64,000 nucleotides of DNA from Longimicrobiales bacterium (GTDB lineage: Bacteria > Gemmatimonadota > Gemmatimonadetes > Longimicrobiales > Gaopeijiaceae): the NCBI GenBank assembly GCA_965202985.1, contig CBDBCF010000001.1, positions 2,272,001 through 2,336,000 on the forward strand, in the 5' to 3' direction. The notes beneath the pieces are model-generated. The model worked only from the letters and a program-made list of their open reading frames with translations, was not told the DNA's origin and did no database searches. The translations under genes and the position numbers were made by a program. This document shows, in pieces, positions 1-10,739 of the stretch; the first letter of the stretch is position 1; every line of letters starts with the position of its first letter.

Positions 1-779
1 GCGCCCGTGGCCACCAAGCGCGCCCGTACGGACATGCGCTCCCTGCCGTTGGCGGTCTCGCGCCGCAGTTCCAGCCCGGCCAGGGCCAAGTTGTCGGCAC
101 CCGCGCTGGGGTCCGAGCGGGCGGCGTTCAGCGTTTCCACGCGCGTCCCTTCCGGGAAGACCGCCTCCGAGTCCCGCCGCCATCCGGCCCGCTGGAAGTC
201 GCTCACGATCACGGCGCGCCGTCGAGGCAGCGGCGACGCCTCCAGCACCGAAGCCGCCAGACGCACGGCCGGGGCGAGTCGCGTTCCCAGAGACGTCGTC
301 CGCAGAGTGTCCAGGACCGCCGCCGCCCGTCCGGGTTCGGTGGCCGAGCGAAGCACCAGCCGGGGGACCTCGGAGAACGCCACGATCGACACGCGGTCGC
401 CCGGCCCCAGCCCCGACACGACCGATCGGGCCATGGACACGCCCTCTTGCCACCGGCCCCCCAGCTCCATGGAGTACGACTGGTCCACGAGCACGACCAC
501 CTCTTCGGGACCGGCCCCGCCGACTTGCGCCAGTCGGCCGTCGCGCACGAACGGACGCGCAAACGCCGCCACGAGCAGCCCCAGCGCCGCCAAGCGCAGC
601 AGCAGCAGCCAGGGGTTGCGAAGCCGCCGTCTGGACGTCTCCTCGAACGGTATCCGCTTCAAGAACATGAGCGACGGAAACGCCAGCGGCTTGCCTTGCT
701 CGTGCCGCGTCAGGTGCACAAGCACGGGAACGGCCAATGCCGCCAAGCCGGCCAAGAAGAGCGGCGTCAGGAAGCTCAT
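1..779 (-). CDS. BatA/VWA domain membrane protein (partial, runs off left edge)
   Basis: Manual translation from ATG 779: MSFLTPLFLAGLAALAVPVLVHL...FPSLMFL...RRRLRNPWLLLLRLAALGLLVAAFARP (BatA-type N-terminus). Followed by DQSYSM, a VWA MIDAS DxSxS motif. ATGA overlap with the DUF58 stop. Absent from the ORF track because it has no stop in the window. Confidence 0.85.
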   Translation of the reverse strand, partial: MSFLTPLFLAGLAALAVPVLVHLTRHEQGKPLAFPSLMFLKRIPFEETSRRRLRNPWLLLLRLAALGLLVAAFARPFVRDGRLAQVGGAGPEEVVVLVDQSYSMELGGRWQEGVSMARSVVSGLGPGDRVSIVAFSEVPRLVLRSATEPGRAAAVLDTLRTTSLGTRLAPAVRLAASVLEASPLPRRRAVIVSDFQRAGWRRDSEAVFPEGTRVETLNAARSDPSAGADNLALAGLELRRETANGRERMSVRARLVATG

Positions 780-1672
780 CGGACCCGCGTCGCCTTCTGC
801 CGGAAGACAAGGTACGCGTACAGCGCGCGGTCCAACGGTTCCGCCGTGTTCAACAGCACATGGTCCACCCCGTGCCGGCCGAAGTACTCGCGCAACGCGG
901 CCACGTGCCGGCCGATCCGCTCTCGGTACGCTCCGGCCAGCTTTTCGGGGGACACGGGCAACACCTGTCCCGTCTCCAAGTCGCGAAAGTTGGCCGCGTC
1001 GGAGAAGGGAAAGTCGATCTCGGCGGGGTCCAGAACCTGGAACGCCACCACGTCGTGCCCCTGCGCCCGAAAGAACCCCAGCGCCTCCGCCAGCGCTTCG
1101 GGCTCGTCGTAGAAGTCGGACGCGACCGCCAAGATCCCGCGCCGCCGAAAGGTGGCCGCGACCTGGGCCAACGGCCGCCCCCAGTCGCTCGCCCGCCCCG
1201 GCTGAACGCGCGCCGTCGCATGAAGCACCTTGTCCAAGTGGGCCGCCGACGGCCGGACGTGCTCCACCACGTCGCTGTCGAATGCGTACAGTCCCACGCG
1301 GTCCTTCTGCCCCGCCGAAAACCAGGCCAGGCAAGCGGTCAAGTAGCGCGCGTAGTCGAGCTTGGCGATCCCGTCGCCCGAGTGGTAGCCCATCGACGCC
1401 GACACGTCCAGCAAGAAGGCCAGGTCGGCGTTGGTCTCGGCCTCGAACTGCTTGACGTGAAAGCGGTCGGTCCGAGCGTACAACCGCCAGTCTATGCGCC
1501 GGATGTCGTCGCCCGGCATGTAAGGCCGGTGCTCGGCGAAGTCCATGCTGGCGCCCAAGTACGGGGAGCGGTGGATGCCTTGCAGAAAGCCGTCCACCAC
1601 GGTTCGCGCCAGCAGCTCCAAGTTGTCGATGCGCGCCAACACCGCCGGGTCCAAGAACGAGGTCCGGGACAC
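776..1672 (-). CDS. DUF58 domain protein (MoxR-associated, VWA-like)
   Basis: GIHRSPYLGASMDFAEHRPYMPGDDIRRIDWR and LLDVSASM motifs. GTG 1672 is preceded by AGGAGG. This is the C-terminal part of ORF 776..2746. Confidence 0.9.
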   Translation of the reverse strand: MSRTSFLDPAVLARIDNLELLARTVVDGFLQGIHRSPYLGASMDFAEHRPYMPGDDIRRIDWRLYARTDRFHVKQFEAETNADLAFLLDVSASMGYHSGDGIAKLDYARYLTACLAWFSAGQKDRVGLYAFDSDVVEHVRPSAAHLDKVLHATARVQPGRASDWGRPLAQVAATFRRRGILAVASDFYDEPEALAEALGFFRAQGHDVVAFQVLDPAEIDFPFSDAANFRDLETGQVLPVSPEKLAGAYRERIGRHVAALREYFGRHGVDHVLLNTAEPLDRALYAYLVFRQKATRVR

Positions 1673-1683
1673 GTCCGCGCCTC

Positions 1684-2847
<1,164 letters not shown>

Positions 2848-2848
2848 G

Positions 2849-3733
2849 TTACCGAGTGAGGGCGTAGATCACGTAGTTGACGCCGACCTTGTACGCCTCG
2901 TTGGACAGGTCGATCGGAAAGTACCCCAGGTCCGAGTACTCCCAGTAGTCGCCGATGTCGTTGTTGAAGTTGGCGATCACCATGAGGCGTCGGGTCGGGT
3001 CGTCGTCTTCGTGAATGCCGAGGAAGTAGGGCTTGTACTGGCGAAATGTGGGTGGAGAGAAGTCCAGGGACTCGATCTCGAAGAAGGCGTCGAAGACGGG
3101 CTCGTCCAGGGTCAGCTGCCGAAAGCGGTGCCGGGGCAGAACAGCCGCGAAGATCGCCTCCACGTTGCGCCATTCGCGACTGCCCCGGAAGTCGTCCAGG
3201 ATCAGAAATCCGCCCTTGCGCAGGTATGCCGACATGTTGTCGATCTCGGCCTGCGTCGGTGCCCACTGGCCCGGCTCCGCCACGTACGCCACGGGATGGC
3301 GGTGCAGCTCCGGGCTGTTCGCGTCGACGATGTTGGTGCCGTCGGTGTGGGGCGACACCAGGGTCACTTCGTCCAGGATCTTTGTGAAGTTGTTGTCGGC
3401 GAACGGGAAGTCGTGCGCCCACGGGGGGCCGCCGCCCCTGCCGAAGCCGCGTCCGAGGCCGCCCCTGCCGAAGCCGCCGGTGGAAAAGCGAACCCGGACG
3501 AAGGTGTAGGCTCCGTCGTAGGGCACGTTCCGGAAGTCTTGGAAGGCCGGCGCAACCGAGCCGGGGGCGTGCCGGTCGGCAGCGGGGGCCACGCGAGCTG
3601 CGACCGCGGCCAAGACCATGCCTATGGTTGCAGTCCCGCCCAAGATGCCTGCGCCGGCACAGGCCAGCGACGCGCGAGCCCCGCGGCCGCGCAACCTCCC
3701 GGATCGTCGGCGCGACGCCGATCCCGCGCTCAC
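2849..3733 (-). CDS. DUF4159 domain protein
   Basis: WAHDFPFADNNF, YLRKGGFLILDDF, FNNDIGDYWE, GVNYVIYALT. GTG 3733 overlaps the TPR gene stop (GTGA). Confidence 0.85.
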   Translation of the reverse strand: MSAGSASRRRSGRLRGRGARASLACAGAGILGGTATIGMVLAAVAARVAPAADRHAPGSVAPAFQDFRNVPYDGAYTFVRVRFSTGGFGRGGLGRGFGRGGGPPWAHDFPFADNNFTKILDEVTLVSPHTDGTNIVDANSPELHRHPVAYVAEPGQWAPTQAEIDNMSAYLRKGGFLILDDFRGSREWRNVEAIFAAVLPRHRFRQLTLDEPVFDAFFEIESLDFSPPTFRQYKPYFLGIHEDDDPTRRLMVIANFNNDIGDYWEYSDLGYFPIDLSNEAYKVGVNYVIYALTR

Positions 3734-6405
3734 CGGCGGCCCTCGCTGCGAATCTCCAAGAGCAAGTCCAGGGCGTCCTCGTAGTTGGGTGCGATCTCGA
3801 GTGCGGCCAGCACGGCGCGCCGGGCGCCCGCCCGGTCTCCGCCGCGGTGGAGCACGTTTGCCAGGTGGTAGTTTGCCGCGGCCCGGTCCGCCGGGTCCAA
3901 CGCCAGGACGGCGCGTCGCTCGGCGGCGGCCCCCTCCCAGTCCCCCAGCGATTCCAGCAGCTCCGACAAGCGTCGGTGGTCCGCGACCTCGTAAGGATGG
4001 ACGTAGATCACGCCCCGAAGGGTTTCCGCGGCCCCGGCCGTGTCGCCCGCGGCCTCCAGCAATCGGACCAGGGCAACCCGTGCGTCGTAGTGGCTCTCGT
4101 TCAGCCGAAGGAGCGCGCCGTAGTGGGCGGCGGCGTCGTCGAGGCGGCCTTCGGCTTCCCGGATGCGCCCCAAGTACCAGTGGGCGCCGTCGGGACTGCC
4201 GTAGTCGGGGAACAGTCGGAGCGCGGCCTCGAAGTGGGCGGCAGCGTCGCCGTGCTGGTCGGCTTTGAAGAGCGCCCGACCCAAGGCCATGCGCGGCTGA
4301 AACCGGTCGGGGTTCATTGCCACCGCCCTTCGAGCCTGGGCAAGGTCGCGCGGCGGCGGGCCCTCCGGCTCCGCGCCCACGGATGCCGCCGCCGTGACGA
4401 ACCGTTGCCGCAGGAAGGCGTCGAACTCCCGCTCGAACTCTTGGAGCGGGACGCCCAGCGCCTCGGCGAACGCTGCCCGGTCGTCGGCGCCGTCTCGGTA
4501 GGCCGCCAGCATCTTCAGAACCGGGTCGAAGCCGTGCCGCTCCTCGATGAACTCGAAGACGAGCGACGCCTGGTAGTAGCTGTCCGAGACTTCGTCGGGG
4601 CGGCGAGGGTTGGAGAAGCCTCGGTCCAGCCGGCTCACCGGTCGCAGCTCGCCGGCCGCGAGCGCGCGGACGAAGCTCACTCCCGGATTGCGCCCCCAAG
4701 CCGGATCGCCCCAGCGCTGCTCCTGGACGGCCAGACCCTCCGAGAACCAGCGCGGCACGTTGTTGGCCGAGGCGTGCATGTGAAACGAATGGGCGATCTC
4801 GTGCCGCAGCGTGGAGGCCCAGTTGAACGCGCCCCGCTCCCGTGCAGCAGGCGAGTCCATCGCCAAAGCGGGGCCGAAGCTGACCCCGAGGGCCCCGATC
4901 CCGGTCAAGCCCACGGTGCGCACCGAGAAGTCGGCGTGGCGCGGGTAGACTTCGACTCGAATGGGGTCCGGAGGCGCAGTGCCGTACCGCTGGGCCATGT
5001 CGCCGTAGGCTCGCTCCGCGACCGCCTCCAGGTACGGCGCCAGCAGATCGGCCTCGGACTCGTGCAGGACCAAGCGAAAGTGCTCGGTCACCACGGTGCG
5101 GTACTCGGCGAAGGTGTCCAGCAGGTCGAGCGTGTTCTTGAACCACAGGTTGAAGGGGTCGCCGGCGAAGGCCCGCTCCAACAGCACGCGGCCTTCGTCC
5201 ACCCGCCCCAGGCGGACCAAGTTGAGTCCGGCCAAGCCCCAGCCCGTCCAACTGTTCGTGTCCGCGGCGGAGGCCGCGCGAGCAAACCGCAGGGCGTCCT
5301 CGTACTTGCGGTGGTCGCTCGCCAGCTCCGACATGACCACGAACGACTCGGTCGGCGACGGCGACAGCCGTTCGATGCGCTCAATGGCGGCGGCGAAGCC
5401 GGCGGAGTCTCCAGCCAAGTGGCGGATGGCGGCCAGGGTGCCGAGCGCGGCCAAGTCGGCGGGGTCGGTCGCCAGGGCGTGCTCGACTTCCCGAAGGGCA
5501 CCCGCGCGGTCGCTGTTAAGGAGAAGGATGCGCGCTAGCAGCGTGCGTGCCCCCGCGTGGTTCGGATTCGTGGCCAGGGCTGAGTCGAGCGAGGCCGTCG
5601 GATCGCCGCTCCCCTCCAGCCGAGCGACCCGGGCCAGCCCGTAATGGGCGTCCGAATGCGACGGATTTCGCGCCAGCACTGCTCGAAACTCCGCCGCCGC
5701 CCCCGCCGCGTCGTAGCGCTCGAGGAACAAGTTGCCGACGGCGATGCGGGCAGCGTGCGGAGCAAAGCCGGCGGTGGACTGATCGATTCGGCCGGCTTGC
5801 AGGGCCTCGTCCAGCGCCAGCAGAGCGTCGTGGGCGTACTCGTAGTCCCAGCGGGACAAGCCAGCCAGCGCCCGCCCCATGGCGACGAACTCCGACGCCG
5901 ACAGCCGGGCGCCTCCGGCAATCGCACCGTCGTAGCGGCCGACTTCGTCCTCGAAGAGCCGGCGGGCGTCGGCCCGGTTGCCGTACCGGTACTCCAAAAC
6001 GCCGAGTTCGACGCGGGCCAGGGCGCCCGCCGTGCCCGGGTGCTCCGCGCCGGCCAACAGGACCCCGCGGGCTTCGTCGACGCGCCCTTTCATGAGGAGC
6101 GCCGAACCCAGCCAGGCCGGGGCGCTCGGGAGGGATCGGCCCAGCGCACTGCTAGCCGCCGCGACCGCCTCGTCGTAGTCGCCAGTCTCGAGCAGGGCGG
6201 CAATCCAGCCTGCCAGGGCGTGCTCGTCGCCGTCCTGAGCAAGAGGCCGCAGCTGCCGGACGGCTTGGTCGTATCGTCCAGCGGCCAACGCCTCGAAGCC
6301 CGGCAAGGCCGACGGCTGCGTCGCGCTGGCCGGAGCCCAGCCGCAGGCCCATCCAACCGCGACGGTTGCGACAACGACAGCCCGGTTCAGCCTGCTTCGG
6401 TTCAC
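3730..6405 (-). CDS. Exported TPR-repeat protein with gluzincin/peptidase MA-like HExxH domain
   Basis: N-terminal signal-like segment, many TPR-like helical repeats, and LRHEIAH...PRWFSEGLA zinc-peptidase signature. GTG 6405 overlaps the upstream stop. Confidence 0.8.
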   Translation of the reverse strand: MNRSRLNRAVVVATVAVGWACGWAPASATQPSALPGFEALAAGRYDQAVRQLRPLAQDGDEHALAGWIAALLETGDYDEAVAAASSALGRSLPSAPAWLGSALLMKGRVDEARGVLLAGAEHPGTAGALARVELGVLEYRYGNRADARRLFEDEVGRYDGAIAGGARLSASEFVAMGRALAGLSRWDYEYAHDALLALDEALQAGRIDQSTAGFAPHAARIAVGNLFLERYDAAGAAAEFRAVLARNPSHSDAHYGLARVARLEGSGDPTASLDSALATNPNHAGARTLLARILLLNSDRAGALREVEHALATDPADLAALGTLAAIRHLAGDSAGFAAAIERIERLSPSPTESFVVMSELASDHRKYEDALRFARAASAADTNSWTGWGLAGLNLVRLGRVDEGRVLLERAFAGDPFNLWFKNTLDLLDTFAEYRTVVTEHFRLVLHESEADLLAPYLEAVAERAYGDMAQRYGTAPPDPIRVEVYPRHADFSVRTVGLTGIGALGVSFGPALAMDSPAARERGAFNWASTLRHEIAHSFHMHASANNVPRWFSEGLAVQEQRWGDPAWGRNPGVSFVRALAAGELRPVSRLDRGFSNPRRPDEVSDSYYQASLVFEFIEERHGFDPVLKMLAAYRDGADDRAAFAEALGVPLQEFEREFDAFLRQRFVTAAASVGAEPEGPPPRDLAQARRAVAMNPDRFQPRMALGRALFKADQHGDAAAHFEAALRLFPDYGSPDGAHWYLGRIREAEGRLDDAAAHYGALLRLNESHYDARVALVRLLEAAGDTAGAAETLRGVIYVHPYEVADHRRLSELLESLGDWEGAAAERRAVLALDPADRAAANYHLANVLHRGGDRAGARRAVLAALEIAPNYEDALDLLLEIRSEGRR

Positions 6406-7097
6406 CGGTTTTCCGCGGTCGCGCCTTCCACCGTTCCGGCCGCCGGAATCACGAACGAGCGCAAGTCGTCGATGCGCTTGCTGATCTCGTCCGCTCTCTT
6501 TCCCGCGTCCTGGAACCGCTGGCCCATGAACTCCAGAACGCGAGCCTCCGAGTCCCTGATGCTTGCCCCGATCGCCGCGCGCGCCACCTTGTTCTCCTCG
6601 AACTGCCGGTCCATGGACTCCCTCACCGAGGCGAACTGCTGATCCATGGATTCGGTTATCGACGCGAACTGCTGATCCGCCGACTCCTTCGTCGAGACGA
6701 ACTGCTGGTCCGTGAACTCCTGCGCCGACGCGAATCGCTGATCCATGGACTCCTTCATCGAGGCGAACTGCTGGTCCACGGAGGCGAATCGCCGGTCGTT
6801 GGACTCCTGTGCCGAAGCGAACTGCTGGTCCATGGATTCCTTCATCGAGGCGAACTGCTGGTCTACGGAGGCGAATCGCCGGTCGTTGGACTCCTGTGCC
6901 GACGCGAAGCGCTGGTCCGTGGATTCCTTCATCGAGGCGAACTGCTGGTCCATGGATTCCTTCAGGCCATCGATTCGGTCGTTCACGCTGGCGATCCGGT
7001 CGTCCATTTGCGTGCGCAGCCATCGGCCCAGCGCGAGTCCGCCTGCGCCGACGATTGCGACGGTGGCCAACGTGTCCATCCAGATTCCCATTTCCAT
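6402..7097 (-). CDS. Membrane-anchored coiled-coil protein with 11/7-residue tandem repeats
   Basis: ATG 7097 with GGAG upstream. N-terminal hydrophobic helix, then repeats DQQFASMKES / DQRFASAQES / NDRRFASV. Confidence 0.75.
   Translation of the reverse strand: MEMGIWMDTLATVAIVGAGGLALGRWLRTQMDDRIASVNDRIDGLKESMDQQFASMKESTDQRFASAQESNDRRFASVDQQFASMKESMDQQFASAQESNDRRFASVDQQFASMKESMDQRFASAQEFTDQQFVSTKESADQQFASITESMDQQFASVRESMDRQFEENKVARAAIGASIRDSEARVLEFMGQRFQDAGKRADEISKRIDDLRSFVIPAAGTVEGATAENR
6590..6965 (-). repeat. Intragenic tandem repeat, 33-nt and 21-nt units forming an 87-nt higher-order period
   Basis: TTCATCGAGGCGAACTGCTGGTC recurs at 6754, 6841 and 6928 (87-nt spacing), with degenerate 33-nt units on the left. 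Confidence 0.9.
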
Positions 7098-7301
7098 GGT
7101 GCTCTCCCTGTCCGGCGGACCGCTTCCGCCAAAAGGTAATGGTCTCGGCTCCCATGCGCCGCCGGCGGTGCGAATCGCAGTCGCCGTGGCGGGCTGGGGG
7201 GCGCCGTTCCGGGCCTCGTTGCCCGAGGGAGACACGATGCACCCGGAAATTGGGCGCTTCCATGTGTGGATCGGCCCGACTTGCCGGACGCCTTGCTCCG
7301 T

Positions 7302-8429
7302 CTATCTTCCGGCGGCTCGGATCTGCCGGTTCTTCAGCGCCAGCTCCACCAGCAGCTCCTCCAACTCGTCCTCGTAGCGCTCCAAGGGCATCTGCCCCTT
7401 GGCGGCGCGAAGCGTCTCGATCCGCGCCTCGATCTCCGCCTTCTCCTCGTACAGGGCCCGGACCTCCGGGCTGACGGAGGCCGCCGCCCCGCCTGCAGCC
7501 CCGCCGTCGCCCGCCACCCACTCGGCCGCGGCCAAGAACACGCGGGCAGCCAAGGCACCGTCGCCCGAGGCCGGATCCGGCTCGCGGCTTCCTTCGCCGT
7601 CGCCGTTGTCGTCCAGCACGGCGTGTTCGGTGAGGAGCTGATTGTCGCTCTCGTACTCGCGCTCCACCTCGCGTCGGGCATAGCGGAACGCCTCCAGCAT
7701 CGACACGCGCCCGTTCTTGTCCATGTCGGCGTCGTCGCCGGCGAAGGCGTCCACGAAGTGCAGGCCGAACCGGGTCAGGTTGCGCTCGCGACCGCTCCGC
7801 GTTGCCGCGACGATCGTGCGGTTCGGCGCCGAAAGGGGCTCGACGAAGGGGCCGGACGCGCTGGTCGTGTTGACAAGCGTTATGCGACGGCTCCCCAGTC
7901 CGTCCAGCAGAAGGGCGAACTCCGCCGGCGTCAGATCGGGACCCGGCACGTTGAAGCGGGCCTCGCCGTCGCGGAAGGTGCCGTGGCCGGCAAGCAGGAC
8001 GACGAGCTCGTCGCCGGGCGCCATGGCGTCTCCCAACCGCGCAAACGCCGACCGCACGTTGTCGCCCGTGGACCGCGCCTGGACGCGCGTCGGGTCCAGC
8101 TGCACGTCCTCCGCCAAGTAGATGATGCGCTCCGCCGGAACGCCGTACTTCTCCGAAGCCGCGTCGGCGAAGCGGCTCATCCACCCGTGAAACGCGGCGG
8201 TGTACCGGGGTTCGCCCCCGAGCCCGGCGATCAAGAGGACGTGCGTGTCCTGGACCGTCGATGGAGCCGCACTTCCGTCCGCCGGCCCCGCGCACAGCAA
8301 GAAACCGACAAGCGCCCGGCCGGCAACACGCGCCCCAAGTCGCCGGCTCATCGCCCGCCGCCTTGTCTCCGACCGCCTCGGGCCAGCCCTCGCGATGTCG
8401 GCGCGCTTCCCGCCAACCCCCGTGGTCAC
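7302..8429 (-). CDS. Exported caspase/peptidase C13-like fold protein with C-terminal coiled coil
   Basis: HVLLIAGLGGEP, VVLLAGHG (His-Gly of the caspase fold) and EF-hand-like DMDKNGRVSMLE. Start is GTG 8429 (coupled) or ATG 8351. Confidence 0.65.
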   Translation of the reverse strand: MTTGVGGKRADIARAGPRRSETRRRAMSRRLGARVAGRALVGFLLCAGPADGSAAPSTVQDTHVLLIAGLGGEPRYTAAFHGWMSRFADAASEKYGVPAERIIYLAEDVQLDPTRVQARSTGDNVRSAFARLGDAMAPGDELVVLLAGHGTFRDGEARFNVPGPDLTPAEFALLLDGLGSRRITLVNTTSASGPFVEPLSAPNRTIVAATRSGRERNLTRFGLHFVDAFAGDDADMDKNGRVSMLEAFRYARREVEREYESDNQLLTEHAVLDDNGDGEGSREPDPASGDGALAARVFLAAAEWVAGDGGAAGGAAASVSPEVRALYEEKAEIEARIETLRAAKGQMPLERYEDELEELLVELALKNRQIRAAGR

Positions 8430-10720
8430 GCGAGCCCCCGCCTGCGCCGATGGCCCCATTCGCCGGCCAGCAGCCCGGCAAGCAACAAGAACACCGCGGG
8501 CATGTCCCACAGGTCCCGCTCTTCGCGCACCGTGACGCCGGCTCCCGCCACTGCCAAGTCGTCGGGCAGCCGTACCGCCGTCTCCTTGGTATAGTAGCGT
8601 CCGCCGGTCTCGTTCGCCGCGCGCTCCAGCAGCTGCCGGCGCTGCCCCGGATCGCGAAACTCGTCCATGCCAGGGGCCACGCGCACGCTGGTCCTTGCCG
8701 ATCCCAGCGCCACCGAGTCCCGTCCAGCCTCGACGACGATCTCGTAGATGCCGTCGGCGTCGGGCGCGAACTCGGCCACGTACTTGCCGTCTTCCTCGAC
8801 CGACCACTCCATGCGCAGTTCGCGAGTTTCCCCGGCGGGCGTCGTGAGCCGGGCGGTCACGGCGGCCCCGTTGACCTCCAGAAATCCGGCGTCGCGCACG
8901 GTCGCCGCGACCGCTACCGTCTCGCCCGCTTCCACCGACTCGCGCTCCGGCGCCGCCTCGACCGGGTCCGGCGTCTCGGACACGGCCCAGCGCAGCAGCT
9001 GCCGCCAGAACGTCTCGTGACTCTGGTCCTCGAGCGACACGGTGTGGTCCATCTGCCAGAGCCACGTGTCCTGGACCGCCAGGGCCATTGACTTGCCCCG
9101 CCCGTAGCGCTGGAACGCCAACACGACGCGATTGGACCCGCGCCCGTCGCCTTCCACGACCGTCCCCGTCAGGAACTCCGTGGCGCCTGGTTTCAGGTCC
9201 TGCACCACGTTGGTCGTGGAGATCGCCGGCAACGAGTCCCAGCGAGCAGCGGACGCCTCCACCGAACCCGCGATCCGGGTCGCCGGGTGATGGGCGCCGG
9301 CCGGCGTGGGCGCGACCTTCACGAACCGCAGCCGCTCGGTAGGACCGCCGCCGCCGGGCGATTCCAGCACGACCGGAAGCACATCCTCCAGCGGCGTGCC
9401 CTTGTAGCCTCCTTCGGTGAACGACCTCCGGCCTCCCAGCACCAGCAGGGTTCCCCCTCGCTCGCTCACGAAGTCCCCGATCATCGCCAGCTGGTCGTGG
9501 GTGAAGAAGCCGGCTTCCACCGAGCCCAGGATCAGCGCGCGGTAGCGATACAACTCCTCGCGGGTGGTGGGGAAGCCGCCCAGCAGTTCCAGCGGATCGT
9601 CCAAGTTGCGGCGGAAGAACTTGTTCTCGGCGGTCCGTTGCAGAAGCACGACTTGAAGGCCGTCGTCGTCGCCCGCCGCCCGCAGCATGAACGCCACCTC
9701 GTGGCGCGGCTCGCCCTCGAAGTAAAGGATCTTCTCGGTCCGGTCGCGGACCTGCACCAGCGCGCGCAGCTCGTTGTTCTCCAGCACGCGCTCGCCCGGC
9801 TGGGGGGCGATCCGGAAGATCAATTCGCGCGCGCCTTCGCTCTCCAGCGTCACGGCCACGGGAACGACCAGCGGCTGCCCGTCGCCCGGAAGCGACACCT
9901 CCTCGGACGCCACGATCCGCCCCATGTCCTCCACGACCATTGACGCGCCCCGCCCGCGGTAGCCCTCCGCGTTCACCAGCACGTTGATCGGAAGGGATGT
10001 GCCCGCCAACGCCTTGGCCGGGGCGTCCACGCGGCTGATCTGCACGTCGGCGCCGACCGTCTCGTCGCCCAGCCCGACCGCGAAGACCGGCACCGACGCG
10101 GCCCGCAACGGCAGCAGCGCCTCGCCGACGGAGCCGTCCCCGTTGTCCCCGCCGTCGGACACGACCACGATCCCCGACAGGGGCACGCCCTGCAGCTCCT
10201 CTTGCGCGAAGGCGAGCGCCCGACCCATGCGCGTGCGGCTGCCGTCGAACGCAAGTTCTCCCGGTGCGTCGATCCGTGCCGGCGCCGACGAGTAGCGGAA
10301 GTAGCGGACCGCGAACCGCTCCGAGAGCCCCGTCGCAAGCGGGCCCGCCGGGTCGAGAAGCTCCAGCGCCTGCTCGGCCCGCGTGTTCCCGTCCGATCCA
10401 GCTATGGTCATGCTCCGGGAGTCGTCCACGAGCACGGCCACGAAGTTCCGCTGCGGCACGACCTCGGTCAGCACCAGGGCCGGCCTCATGACGATCAGGA
10501 ACAGCAGCGCCAGCACGCCGGCCCGGAGCGCCCCCAGAACCCACCGGTCGGCGGAGCGACTCTTGCCCCGAGCCGCGGCGTAGCTGACCACCGCCGGCGC
10601 GGCCAGCAGGACCCCCGCAAAACAGGCCGTCGCTATTGGCCAAGACGACAGGAACGCCAGGTCGCCCTCCTGAAAGACGACCAGCGGGTGCTTGAACAGG
10701 AACTCGAAGAGGCTGCTCAT
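8426..10720 (-). CDS. Membrane-anchored VWA / class I glutamine-amidotransferase-like domain protein
   Basis: Two N-terminal TM helices, VLVDDSRSM MIDAS, VVVSDG, DFVSERGGTLLVLGG, and a C-terminal TM helix with EW..RRRRGLA tail typical of this cluster. Confidence 0.8.
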   Translation of the reverse strand: MSSLFEFLFKHPLVVFQEGDLAFLSSWPIATACFAGVLLAAPAVVSYAAARGKSRSADRWVLGALRAGVLALLFLIVMRPALVLTEVVPQRNFVAVLVDDSRSMTIAGSDGNTRAEQALELLDPAGPLATGLSERFAVRYFRYSSAPARIDAPGELAFDGSRTRMGRALAFAQEELQGVPLSGIVVVSDGGDNGDGSVGEALLPLRAASVPVFAVGLGDETVGADVQISRVDAPAKALAGTSLPINVLVNAEGYRGRGASMVVEDMGRIVASEEVSLPGDGQPLVVPVAVTLESEGARELIFRIAPQPGERVLENNELRALVQVRDRTEKILYFEGEPRHEVAFMLRAAGDDDGLQVVLLQRTAENKFFRRNLDDPLELLGGFPTTREELYRYRALILGSVEAGFFTHDQLAMIGDFVSERGGTLLVLGGRRSFTEGGYKGTPLEDVLPVVLESPGGGGPTERLRFVKVAPTPAGAHHPATRIAGSVEASAARWDSLPAISTTNVVQDLKPGATEFLTGTVVEGDGRGSNRVVLAFQRYGRGKSMALAVQDTWLWQMDHTVSLEDQSHETFWRQLLRWAVSETPDPVEAAPERESVEAGETVAVAATVRDAGFLEVNGAAVTARLTTPAGETRELRMEWSVEEDGKYVAEFAPDADGIYEIVVEAGRDSVALGSARTSVRVAPGMDEFRDPGQRRQLLERAANETGGRYYTKETAVRLPDDLAVAGAGVTVREERDLWDMPAVFLLLAGLLAGEWGHRRRRGLA

Positions 10721-10739
10721 CGGTCGGGGCGGCTTGCCG

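Noticed and set aside
6590..6965. Regularly spaced repeats resembling a CRISPR array
   Set aside because: Units are multiples of 3 inside an ORF, there are no unique spacers, and no cas genes are in the window.
6406..8481. Apparent 1583-aa TPR protein with repeat-rich N-terminus
   Set aside because: The extension is an alternative frame of the repeat gene and the caspase-fold gene. The real start is GTG 6405.
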